From positions 6,459 to 70,458 of the forward strand of contig DAHUZT010000073.1 of the NCBI GenBank assembly GCA_027315005.1: DNA of 64,000 nucleotides. Direction: 5' to 3'. Shown piece after piece: positions 46,280 through 54,752 of this stretch. Origin of the DNA: Acidimicrobiaceae bacterium (GTDB lineage: Bacteria; Actinomycetota; Acidimicrobiia; Acidimicrobiales; RAAP-2). Within the stretch, counting starts at the first letter, position 1. The number at the start of each line of letters is the position of its first letter. A program made the translations under genes and the position numbers. Under the pieces are notes generated by a model. It saw only the letters and a list, made by a program, of their open reading frames with translations. It was not told where the DNA came from and ran no database searches.

Positions 46280-47401
46280 TCAGGAGCGGATCGGCTGCTC
46301 AGCGGTGACGGTACGGCTGTCGGCGCCGCCGAACGCCGCGACCACTTCGGCCCGCCATGCTCTGAGTGATTCGTAGTGCTCGGCGGGCGAGCGACCCATC
46401 CGTACCAGGACCAGATCGAGCGCCGGACAGACGTCGATGAATTGACCTTCGTGGCCCGAAGCCCAGAACGTACCGAAGGGGTGTCCAGCCGTCCACCAGT
46501 GGGCGCCGTAGAGCATCCCGTCGTCGGGGTCGACCGAGCGCGGGCGTCGTCCATGATCGACCCAACCGACCGGGAGGATACGGTTGTCGTCCCAGATCCC
46601 GTCGCGGAGATACAGCAGGCCGAATCGCGCATAGTCCCTCGCCGTGGCGTACATGTACGAGGCGGCGACCCAGGTCCCCACCTCATCAGTCGTCACCGAC
46701 GCCGATCGCATCCCCAATGGGAGGAAGAGGCGATCGGCAAGGAAGCGCTCGTAGCGACTCCCAGATCCGACCAGCCGCGCCACCACCCCGGAGATGATGT
46801 TGCTCGTCCCGCTCGAATAGTTGAAATTGGTCCCGGGCTGAGCGGCAAGTGGACGATCCGCAGCAAACGCGGCCGTGTCGGCCCGGCCCTCACCGAAGAG
46901 CATCTGGATGACGTCTGACCTCTCGGGATCCTCGTAGTCCTCCTTGAAGTCGAGCCCGTCCCGCATTTCGAGCAACTGCTGAAGTGTGATGGAGTGTCGA
47001 GGATCATCCGTCGATTGCCACTGGGGCACCGGTGCCGGAGCGTCCAGTTGGATGCGCCCCTCGGCGACCAGGATGCCGATCGCCGCGTGGAGTACCGACT
47101 TCGCCATCGACCATGAGAGGAGTGGCGTGTCGACGCACACCGGCTTCCCCGGCTTGTCCCACTGGGGCAAAAGACCGTCGTAGCGCTCATAGATCAGCCG
47201 TCCGCGGTGGACCACCACAACTGCATAGGTCTGATTGAGCGGACCGGAGGGGTCGAAGGCACGTTCCATCAGTTCGTGGAGCTCGACCCCATCGGCAATC
47301 GACCCGAGTGGCCAATCTTCCACGGGCCACGGGACCTCGGGAGGTTGGCACGGAAGACGGACGAGATCGCCGGAGTATGGACTTGCCTCGGTCACCGGCA
47401 A
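46280..47401 (-). CDS. serine hydrolase, beta-lactamase/esterase (class C-like) family
   Basis: SxxK motif in LSWSMAKSV, YSSGTSN (Y-x-N-like), 373 aa. Confidence 0.83.
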   Translation of the reverse strand: MPVTEASPYSGDLVRLPCQPPEVPWPVEDWPLGSIADGVELHELMERAFDPSGPLNQTYAVVVVHRGRLIYERYDGLLPQWDKPGKPVCVDTPLLSWSMAKSVLHAAIGILVAEGRIQLDAPAPVPQWQSTDDPRHSITLQQLLEMRDGLDFKEDYEDPERSDVIQMLFGEGRADTAAFAADRPLAAQPGTNFNYSSGTSNIISGVVARLVGSGSRYERFLADRLFLPLGMRSASVTTDEVGTWVAASYMYATARDYARFGLLYLRDGIWDDNRILPVGWVDHGRRPRSVDPDDGMLYGAHWWTAGHPFGTFWASGHEGQFIDVCPALDLVLVRMGRSPAEHYESLRAWRAEVVAAFGGADSRTVTAEQPIRS

Positions 47402-47522
47402 CGATCATCGCGCGCCCGTTGCCGTCGCGTTGCCGTTGATGCCGTGACCGTCATCCCCGGTTTCCCTCCCTCGAGACGATCCGCGAGAATCGGCGTGCTG
47501 GTCCAGGTCATATGGTGGGAGG

Positions 47523-47978
47523 GTGCACGATTCGGTGACTGTCCACATGAAGGCCTCGGCGGACGAAATCTGGGCGCTCTTGAGCGACGTCTCCCGGATT
47601 GGTCGCTACAGCCCCGAGACATTCGAAGCCGAGTGGCTGGACGGCTCCACGGGCCCCTCGGTCGGGGCCCGCTTCCGAGGGCACGTCAAACGCAACGGCA
47701 TCGGCCCGATCTACTGGACCACCTGCACGGTCACCGCCTGTGTCCCGGGACGGGAGTTCTCCTTCGGTATCGGTTCTGCTGACAGGCCCTTGAATGTCTG
47801 GAGGTACGTGCTCGAGCCTGCGGGCGACGGCACCGACGTCACCGAGTCCTTCCAACTTGCCGACACCAGCTTGCTCAGAGCCTACTGGGCTGTGTTCGGC
47901 CGGGCCCGCGGTCGCACCAATCGGAGGGGTATGCAGCAAACGCTGGATCGGATCAAGGCTGAGGTCGAGGCGCCGTAG
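47523..47978 (+). CDS. SRPBCC (START/polyketide-cyclase-like) family protein
   Basis: 151 aa. VHMKASADEIWALLSDVSRIGRYSPE... is the typical SRPBCC N-terminus. Confidence 0.78.
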   Translation: MHDSVTVHMKASADEIWALLSDVSRIGRYSPETFEAEWLDGSTGPSVGARFRGHVKRNGIGPIYWTTCTVTACVPGREFSFGIGSADRPLNVWRYVLEPAGDGTDVTESFQLADTSLLRAYWAVFGRARGRTNRRGMQQTLDRIKAEVEAP

Positions 47979-48021
47979 ACCGAGTTCGCCTAGGCTGCTC
48001 GGCATCGCTCATCCGGTCGAC

Positions 48022-48038
48022 GCTGCTGGCAGCTTTTT
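48022..48038 (+). terminator. weak intrinsic-terminator candidate downstream of the SRPBCC gene
   Basis: GCTG-ctgg-CAGC followed by TTTTT, 44 nt after the stop. The stem is very short. Confidence 0.25.
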
Positions 48039-48170
48039 CGACGGGCGGACGACGCCTGCCTCGCGTGCTTTCGGAGCCAAGGGAATTTTTCCAGGACCGG
48101 CCATGCTTTCCGCTCTCGAATCACCCCCCGAATCGCAATCGGTGACAAGCACGGTTCGGAACTGAGTGCC

Positions 48171-48887
48171 ATGGCTTACGAGCTGTTCGCCCGGTTCTAC
48201 GACGACGTCATGGACGATCCCAGACGGCGCGGTGCTCGTGTCCTCGATTGGATCACAACATTCCGACCTGATGCACGGTCCTTGCTCGAACTGGGATGTG
48301 GTACAGGTGCGATCCTCAACCAGTTGGGCTCGATCCCGTCGTTGACCGGTCTGGATCGTTCGGCGGAGATGCTGGCCCTCGCGAGCAGCAAGGTACCCGG
48401 GGCCCGCCTGCTTCGGGGCGACATGGCATCCTTCGCCCTCGGAGTGCGGTTCGATGTGATCGTGTCAGTCTTCGACACCGTCAACCACTTGCTGGACTTC
48501 GAAGCCTGGCAGTCGATGTTCGAAGCCGTCCATGAGCATCTCGACCGAGATGGGCTCTTCATCTTCGATGTCAACACGGTTGCCGAGCTTCGTCGCCTCG
48601 GAGGGGAACAGCCGTGGACCTACGATTTCGATGGGAACGTTGCCATCATGGACGTGAGCTACGAGAATGACGGGGTCTCATTGTGGGACATTCGCATCTT
48701 CGAGCACCTCGATGGAGCACGATACGTCCTCCATCACGAACAGATAGGTGAGCTCGCTGTCCCGCTGGCACGCATCAGGGAAGCGCTCGATGCACGGTTT
48801 CAACTGCTTGATGAGATCGGCGAGGACGGTGGTCCGGCCGATGAGCATTCCATCAAGGTTCACTTCGCCTATAGGCGGCGTCGCTGA
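48171..48887 (+). CDS. class I SAM-dependent methyltransferase
   Basis: Motif I LLELGCGTG, plus post-I and motif II patterns (VIVSVFDTVNHL). 238 aa. Confidence 0.85.
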   Translation: MAYELFARFYDDVMDDPRRRGARVLDWITTFRPDARSLLELGCGTGAILNQLGSIPSLTGLDRSAEMLALASSKVPGARLLRGDMASFALGVRFDVIVSVFDTVNHLLDFEAWQSMFEAVHEHLDRDGLFIFDVNTVAELRRLGGEQPWTYDFDGNVAIMDVSYENDGVSLWDIRIFEHLDGARYVLHHEQIGELAVPLARIREALDARFQLLDEIGEDGGPADEHSIKVHFAYRRRR

Positions 48888-48980
48888 TCGGTCGGACCCG
48901 ATCACGGAACTCGAGCGAGACCCGGCGATCGAGAAGACGGCGCTGGTGGTCGTCCGAGGTCCCCCCGAACAAGGTCATAA

Positions 48981-49020
48981 CGAGGTCATAGGGCGCCCGG
49001 ATGGGCGCCCTATGACCTCG
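48981..49020. repeat. perfect 18-bp-stem hairpin (inverted repeat) with an extra flanking half-site
   Basis: CGAGGTCATAGGGCGCCC-ggat-GGGCGCCCTATGACCTCG has no mismatch. An additional direct copy of GGTCATA lies at 48973-48979. No U-tract on either strand. Confidence 0.85.
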
Positions 49021-49420
49021 TGCTGCATTGAAGTGCACCGGGTTCCCATGCTTCGCCGGGTGGGACCTTGGCCCGGCTCGGTGGCCCGGTGGGTGTCTGG
49101 CTGGGATTCGCCAGGTGGTACAGCGAGCCGCCTCAGCGGCCAGCCACCTCCAGGGTCCCAAAAGGTTGACTGCTCAGTTGGACCACCTCCTTCCTCTGGT
49201 GTCCCCATGCTAGCGAACCCGAAGAGCAGAACGAGGAAATCGCCCATTGACACCGGGTGGGCACCGGCACTCTCCGGGCCCTCCGTCTCCTGTCCGGGAA
49301 GGCTTCGCTCCGTCGCCCCCGAGATGGGCTCCACAGGCCTCTCCACCGCGGAGGTGCCCCGGGCCCGCAGCGCACCGAGGCCGGGCCCGGAGGCAACCAC
49401 CCGGACCGGGCGATACCATA

Positions 49421-49434
49421 CGAACATATGTTCG
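49421..49434. promoter_or_regulatory. LexA (SOS) box
   Basis: CGAAC-ATAT-GTTCG is a perfect palindrome matching the Gram-positive/actinobacterial Cheo-type consensus (T)CGAAC-N4-GTTCG(A). It sits at the 5' end of imuA'. Confidence 0.8.
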
Positions 49435-50201
49435 TAACGTTGCCCGACCGACCCGCCGGTGAAGACCCGGGTCGATCCTCGAGTCGGCTGGAGGCCAGGG
49501 CCTCGCTGGCCCTCTTGGCTGAACGGACCCGACCGGTCTCGGCCAGCCAGACCCAGCTCCTCCCAGTCCTCCCCCCCCTGGACAGCCTGTTCCCCGACAC
49601 CGGCCTCCGCCGGGGAACCACCATCGTGGTCAGCGGAACCCCCACGACCCGCGCCACCGGATCGAACACGCCGACCGGTGCCGATGTCAACGTGGCGCTT
49701 GCCCTGTCGGCAGGCGCGTCGAGGGGTGGCTCGTGGTGTGCCCTGGTGGGGGTGAACAACCTCGGCGCTGTCGCCGCCCATGAAATCGGCATCGACCTCG
49801 GACGTCTGGCCATCATCCCCCGACCCGGCGCCGCTTGGGCCGACGTCACCGGGGTGTTGATCGGTGGTATCGACCTCGTCGTCATTCGTCCCCCCTTTCC
49901 CCCGCGCCCGGGAGTAGCGCGTCGACTGGTGGCCCGGACCAGAGAGCGTCGATCCGTGCTGGTGATCGTGCCCGGCCGGTCGAAGTGGCCCGAGCATCCC
50001 GATCTCCACCTCCAGGTCGACCACCTGTGCTGGGAGGGTGCCGGGTGCGGTACGGGCCACCTCTCCGGATGCCGGATGACGGTGGTCGCCACCGGCCGTC
50101 GCTCGGCGGTACGTCCGAGACGCCAGGTCCTCTGGTTCCCACGACCACCAGCCGGCGACACCGGGGGAGCCGGGGCTGCCCGGCCGGTGATCGGACCGTG
50201 A
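49428..50201 (+). CDS. imuA': ImuA'-like (RecA-fold, mutasome accessory) protein
   Basis: LLPVLPPLDSLFPDTGLRRGTTIVVSG ... WCALVGVNNLG ... is the typical ImuA/ImuA' pattern. Its TGA overlaps the imuB GTG (GTGA). The exact start is uncertain: ATG 49428 lies inside the LexA box. Confidence 0.72.
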   Translation: MFVTLPDRPAGEDPGRSSSRLEARASLALLAERTRPVSASQTQLLPVLPPLDSLFPDTGLRRGTTIVVSGTPTTRATGSNTPTGADVNVALALSAGASRGGSWCALVGVNNLGAVAAHEIGIDLGRLAIIPRPGAAWADVTGVLIGGIDLVVIRPPFPPRPGVARRLVARTRERRSVLVIVPGRSKWPEHPDLHLQVDHLCWEGAGCGTGHLSGCRMTVVATGRRSAVRPRRQVLWFPRPPAGDTGGAGAARPVIGP

Positions 50202-51307
50202 ACCGGCTCCTCGTCGTGCGCTGCCCCGAACTCCTCGACGAAGACGAGGGCGGTGTCTCCCGTCGACGGTTTACCGAAGTGGTCGAGGTGCTCGGGACAT
50301 ACTGCCCATGGGTCACCACGGTGCGGGCCGGGATCTGCTCGCTGCCGGCCCGAGGGCCGGCAAGGTACTTCGGTGGGGAGGATGCACTCGTCGAACGGAT
50401 CGCAACAGCTGCTGGCTCGATCACCGTCGTGGAGGTCGGGGTGGCCGATGGGCTGTTCGCCGCCGTACTCGCCGCCGGTCACGGTGCGATCGTCCCGCCA
50501 GGTGGTACGTCTGATTTCCTGGCGCCTTTCCCGATCACCATCCTCGGACACCCCGACCTTGCCGAGCTCCTCCACCGGATGGGTATCCGGACAGTGGGTG
50601 ACTTCACCGCCCTTCCCGAGCCCCACGTACTCGGCCGGTTCGGCGGCGATGGGATCCGGTGCCACCGGGTGGCATGCGGTCGGAGCGACGAGCTCGATGC
50701 TCCCCCCCGACGTCGTCTCGGTATTGTGGCCATCCCCCGGCAGGCCGGCCACAGCGCCCCGAGCGGAACGGTGGGAACGACCACCCAGACCGAGTTCTGG
50801 GGAGGGGTGAGCGACCTCGATACGCGGGCGGGTCGGACCCTGGCGGCCGTGCAGAGCCTCCTCGGACCCGACGGTGTGGTGAAGGCACGGCTCCAGGGCG
50901 GACGGGGACCGGCACAACGGGCTCGGTTCATCGTCTGGGATGCCCGGGACAACCCGAACACCCACAAGGAGGACGCCACTCTGGATGCCCCCTGGCCCGG
51001 GCAGATCCCCCCGCCCGCACCCGTGTTCGTGCACCCCGATCCCCTCCCGGCGAAGCTGGTCGATGCCGAGGGGTCCCCGGTGGCGGTGACCGGGAGAGGC
51101 CTGCTCACCGCCGCGCCAGGTCGTCTGTCCGTGGCGGCGGGTGTCTGGTCGAGCGTGGACGGATGGGCTGGGCCGTGGCCGTCCGATGAGCGGTGGTGGT
51201 CGCGGTCCCGACGGAGAAGCGCCCGTCTGCAGGCGGTGACAGGCCCTTCCGCCCACCTGCTCGTGGTTGAACAGGGTCAGTGGTGGGTCGAGGCCACCTA
51301 TGGGTGA
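50198..51307 (+). CDS. imuB: ImuB-like Y-family-polymerase-fold protein (short form)
   Basis: N-terminus VNRLLVVRCPELL, ...ICSLPARGPARYFGGEDAL..., HhH-like LAELLHRMGIRTVGDFTALP, a candidate clamp motif QTEFWG, and C-terminal ...HLLVVEQGQWWVEATYG. 369 aa. Confidence 0.75.
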   Translation: MNRLLVVRCPELLDEDEGGVSRRRFTEVVEVLGTYCPWVTTVRAGICSLPARGPARYFGGEDALVERIATAAGSITVVEVGVADGLFAAVLAAGHGAIVPPGGTSDFLAPFPITILGHPDLAELLHRMGIRTVGDFTALPEPHVLGRFGGDGIRCHRVACGRSDELDAPPRRRLGIVAIPRQAGHSAPSGTVGTTTQTEFWGGVSDLDTRAGRTLAAVQSLLGPDGVVKARLQGGRGPAQRARFIVWDARDNPNTHKEDATLDAPWPGQIPPPAPVFVHPDPLPAKLVDAEGSPVAVTGRGLLTAAPGRLSVAAGVWSSVDGWAGPWPSDERWWSRSRRRSARLQAVTGPSAHLLVVEQGQWWVEATYG

Positions 51308-51332
51308 CCGGTGAAGAGCAGGACGACGAGCG

Positions 51333-54300
51333 ATGGCCTATGCCGAATTGCACACCCACTCCAATTTCTCCTTCCTCGACGGTGCCAGTCACCCCGAGGA
51401 GCTGGCGGCCGAGGCGGTCCGGCTCGGCCTCTCGGGTCTTGCCCTCACCGACCACAACGGCTTCTACGGAGCGGTCCGGTTCGCCGAGGCTGCCCGGGCC
51501 TTCGGACTACCCACCGTGTTCGGCGCTGAACTGACCATCACCGAGGGCACCCCTGGTTCCCCGGCTCGACCGGTCGCCGAGGCTGCCCGGCCGGCCGCCG
51601 ACCGGACCGGCATACCCGACCCCGAGGGCACCCATCTGGTCGTACTGGCCCGCAGCCCCGAGGGCTATAACCGGCTCAGCCGGGTGATCGCCCGAGCCCA
51701 TCTGGACGGAGGAGCCAAGGGAACACCGATCATCACCCTCGACGACCTGGCCGAACAACACAATGGCCACTGGCTGGTCCTCACCGGGTGCCGGAAGGGA
51801 GCACTTTCGTCCGCCCTCACCGCCGGAGGGCCAGCGGCGGCGGCCCGGACCCTCGACCATCTGATCGAGCGGTTCGGCCGTGAGCACCTGGTCGTCGAGC
51901 TCTGGGATCATGGCAACCCGATCGACACCGGCCGCAACGATGCCCTGGCCCTCCTCGCCACCGAACGGGGGGTGGCTCCCGTAGCCACCAACAACGTGCA
52001 CTACGCCACGCCGGCCCGGTTCCCCCTGGCCACGGCCCTGGCCGCGGTACGGGCCCGGCGTCCTCTGGCCGCGCTCGAGGGATGGCTCCCCCCTTCGGCC
52101 ACGGCCTGCCTGCGCGGGGAGGCCGAGCAACGGCGCCGGTTCGCCCGGTGGCCCGGTGTGGTCGAGCGGGCGGCCGAGCTGGCCGGCGCCTGTACCTTCG
52201 ACCTCCGCCTGGTCGCCCCCCGACTACCCGACTTCCCGGTCCCCGCGGGACACAGTGAGCAGACCTGGCTCGCCGAGCTGGTCCGGCGTGGAGGGACCGA
52301 ACGGTACGGGGCCCGCCACGCCGAGCGGGTGACCGGTGCCTGGACCCAGCTCGACCGAGAGCTCACCATCATCGGTGAGCTCGGCTTCCCCGGCTACTTC
52401 CTCACCGTGTGGGACATCGTCGCCTTCTGCCGGCGTCAGAACATCTTCTGCCAGGGGCGGGGGTCGGCCGCCACCTCGGCGGTCTGTTACGCCCTCGGGA
52501 TCACCAACGTCGACGCCGTCTCCCTCGGGTTGCTCTTCGAACGGTTCCTCTCCCCCGCCCGCCAAGGCCCACCCGACATCGACGTCGACATCGAGTCGGG
52601 CCGCCGGGAAGAGGTCATCCAGTACGTCTACCAGCGTTACGGCCGGTTGCACGCCGCCCAGGTGGCCAACGTGATCACCTACCGGACCCGCTCGGCTCTG
52701 CGTGACATGGGAAAAGCCCTCGGTCACCCGCTCGAGACGGTGGGCGCCTGGGCGAAGTCGGTCGACCGGAGCGAGCCCCTGACCGACCGCAGCGACCTAC
52801 CATCCCTGGTGCGGAGCCTGGCCGCTGATCTGGTCGACTCCCCTCGCCATCTCGGTATCCACTCGGGAGGCATGGTCATCTGCGATCGCCCGGTGGTCGA
52901 GGTGTGCCCGGTGGAGTGGGGCCGGATGCCCGGACGCAGCGTCCTCCAGTGGGACAAGGACGACTGTGCCGCTGTCGGGCTCGTCAAGTTCGACTTGCTC
53001 GGTCTGGGCATGCTGACCGCCCTCCACCACATGGTCGACCTGGTGAGCGAGTTCCACGGCGTGGAGATCGACCTGGCCCATCTCGAACAGGATCCGGCGG
53101 TCTACGACCTGCTGTGCCGGGCCGACACGGTGGGCGTGTTCCAGGTCGAGTCACGGGCCCAGATGAACACCCTGCCCCGCATCCGACCCCGGTGCTTCTA
53201 CGACCTGGCCATCGAAGTCGCCCTGATCCGTCCTGGGCCGATCCAGGGCCAAGCCGTCCACCCCTACATCCGGCGGCGCAACGGCACCGAACCGGTGACC
53301 TACCTCCATCCGCTGCTCGAGCCCGCTCTCGAGCGCACGCTCGGGGTGCCTCTCTTCCAGGAACAGCTCATGCAGATCGCCATCGACGTGGCTGGTTTCA
53401 GCCCCGCCGAGTCCGACGAGCTGCGCCAGGCCATGAGCGCCAAGCGCTCCGGTGAGCGGATGGCCCGGTTGCGTGACCGGCTGTTCGCCGGCATGGCCGC
53501 CCGCCGGGTCCCCCCCGAGGTGTGCGAGGAGGTGTATACGGCGCTCGCCGCCTTCGCCAACTTCGGCTTCCCGGAAAGTCATTCGGTGGCCTTCGCCCAT
53601 CTGGTGTACTCGACCGCTTGGTGCAAGGTGCACTACCCCGCCGCCTTCACCGCCGGCCTGCTCAATGCCCAGCCCATGGGGTTCTGGTCTCCGCAGAGCC
53701 TGATCGCCGACGCCAAGCGTCACGGGGTGGCGGTCCTTCGTCCCGACGTGAACCAGGGCCGGAGCGCCGCCTGCCTCGAGGCCATCGCTCCTCGGATGCA
53801 GCCCGGGGCGCAGACCGGATCGGGATCCGGGGCCCGGTCCTCGGGAACCGGCGGTCCGGGCGGGACCGGCAGCGCCGCGCCGACCGGCGGCCCGGCCGTA
53901 CCGGCCATCCGGCTCGGGCTCTCCTCGGTACGGGGCATCGGGAAGGAGACTGCCGAGCGGATCGGCGGGGGACGACCCTGGACGGACATGGAGGACCTGG
54001 TCCGTCGGGCCGGCGTCACGCGCACCCAGCTGGAGTCGCTGGCCACCGCCGGCGCCCTCGACGGGCTCGAAACCGCCCGCGCCCGAGGCCCAGACCAGCG
54101 TCGCTCGTTGGTCTGGAAGGCGGGGGCGGCTTCCCAGGCCACCCCGGATCGCCTCCCGCATGTGGTCACCGGCGCCGATCCCCCTCCGCTCCCGCTCCCG
54201 GGGCCTTGGGAGACGATGGCCGACGACCTGTGGGCGCTCGGCATGACCCCGGATATCACCGCCATGCAGCTCGTCCGGGACGAGCTGCACCAGCGGGGCG

Positions 54301-54611
54301 TGATCCCCGCTCGTGCACTCCCGGGATGGCAGGCCGGGCAACGGCTGACCGTCGGCGGCGTGGTCACCCACCGCCAGCAGCCCGAGAGCGCCCGGGGGGC
54401 GGTCTTCTTGAACCTCGAGGACGAGACCGGAATGGTCAACGTGGTGTGCTCTCAGGGAGCCTGGACCCGCTGGAAGCCGGTGGCCCGATCGAGCCCCGCC
54501 CTGCTCGTCCGGGGACGGGTGGAGCGGTCCGAAGGGTCCACGACCCTGGTGGCCGAGTGGTTCGAGCCGCTCGAGCTCGGTGCCGTCCCGCCGTCCCGAG
54601 ACTTCCGCTGA
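51333..54611 (+). CDS. dnaE2: error-prone DNA polymerase III alpha-type subunit DnaE2
   Basis: PHP N-terminus YAELHTHSNFSFLDGAS, palm/fingers motifs (GRGSAATSAVCYALGIT, DIDVDIES, KFDLLGL), OB fold at the C-terminus. 1092 aa. Lies immediately downstream of imuA'-imuB. Confidence 0.92.
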   Translation: MAYAELHTHSNFSFLDGASHPEELAAEAVRLGLSGLALTDHNGFYGAVRFAEAARAFGLPTVFGAELTITEGTPGSPARPVAEAARPAADRTGIPDPEGTHLVVLARSPEGYNRLSRVIARAHLDGGAKGTPIITLDDLAEQHNGHWLVLTGCRKGALSSALTAGGPAAAARTLDHLIERFGREHLVVELWDHGNPIDTGRNDALALLATERGVAPVATNNVHYATPARFPLATALAAVRARRPLAALEGWLPPSATACLRGEAEQRRRFARWPGVVERAAELAGACTFDLRLVAPRLPDFPVPAGHSEQTWLAELVRRGGTERYGARHAERVTGAWTQLDRELTIIGELGFPGYFLTVWDIVAFCRRQNIFCQGRGSAATSAVCYALGITNVDAVSLGLLFERFLSPARQGPPDIDVDIESGRREEVIQYVYQRYGRLHAAQVANVITYRTRSALRDMGKALGHPLETVGAWAKSVDRSEPLTDRSDLPSLVRSLAADLVDSPRHLGIHSGGMVICDRPVVEVCPVEWGRMPGRSVLQWDKDDCAAVGLVKFDLLGLGMLTALHHMVDLVSEFHGVEIDLAHLEQDPAVYDLLCRADTVGVFQVESRAQMNTLPRIRPRCFYDLAIEVALIRPGPIQGQAVHPYIRRRNGTEPVTYLHPLLEPALERTLGVPLFQEQLMQIAIDVAGFSPAESDELRQAMSAKRSGERMARLRDRLFAGMAARRVPPEVCEEVYTALAAFANFGFPESHSVAFAHLVYSTAWCKVHYPAAFTAGLLNAQPMGFWSPQSLIADAKRHGVAVLRPDVNQGRSAACLEAIAPRMQPGAQTGSGSGARSSGTGGPGGTGSAAPTGGPAVPAIRLGLSSVRGIGKETAERIGGGRPWTDMEDLVRRAGVTRTQLESLATAGALDGLETARARGPDQRRSLVWKAGAASQATPDRLPHVVTGADPPPLPLPGPWETMADDLWALGMTPDITAMQLVRDELHQRGVIPARALPGWQAGQRLTVGGVVTHRQQPESARGAVFLNLEDETGMVNVVCSQGAWTRWKPVARSSPALLVRGRVERSEGSTTLVAEWFEPLELGAVPPSRDFR

Positions 54612-54752
54612 CCCGCCGGCGCCTGCAGAACGGACCCCCGCTACAGCCGCGGTTGCCAATCCCCCTTATCCAATCCCTCCCTTGACTACTCTGCGTATTT
54701 TGATGAACACTGAGAGTAATCAGACGACGGAACAGCAGGAGGCCCAGACCCC

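Noticed and set aside
49200-49350. Short matches to RNase P RNA conserved elements (GGGCTCCACAGG at about 49326; GAGGAAATCGCC and CAGAAC at about 49227-49245) in the long non-coding region.
   Set aside because: The elements are in the wrong order and spacing for a P4 pseudoknot. GAGGAAAGUCC is not intact, and no P1-P3 or P15-P18 architecture could be traced by eye. I treat this as chance similarity pending an Infernal scan.
49133-54659. ORFs 49133-51256 (707 aa) and 53151-54659 (502 aa) on the minus strand, antisense to imuA'/imuB and dnaE2.
   Set aside because: Shadow ORFs. The plus strand carries the coupled imuA'-imuB-dnaE2 genes behind a LexA box, and the minus-strand translations are Gly/Arg/Pro-rich without domain signatures.
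54676-54710. A possible sigma-70-type promoter (TTGACT ... TATTTT/GAACACT) upstream of the DUF2510-like gene.
   Set aside because: A good -35-like hexamer is present, but no -10 hexamer lies at a 16-19 nt spacing. Actinobacterial promoters are too degenerate to call from one hexamer.
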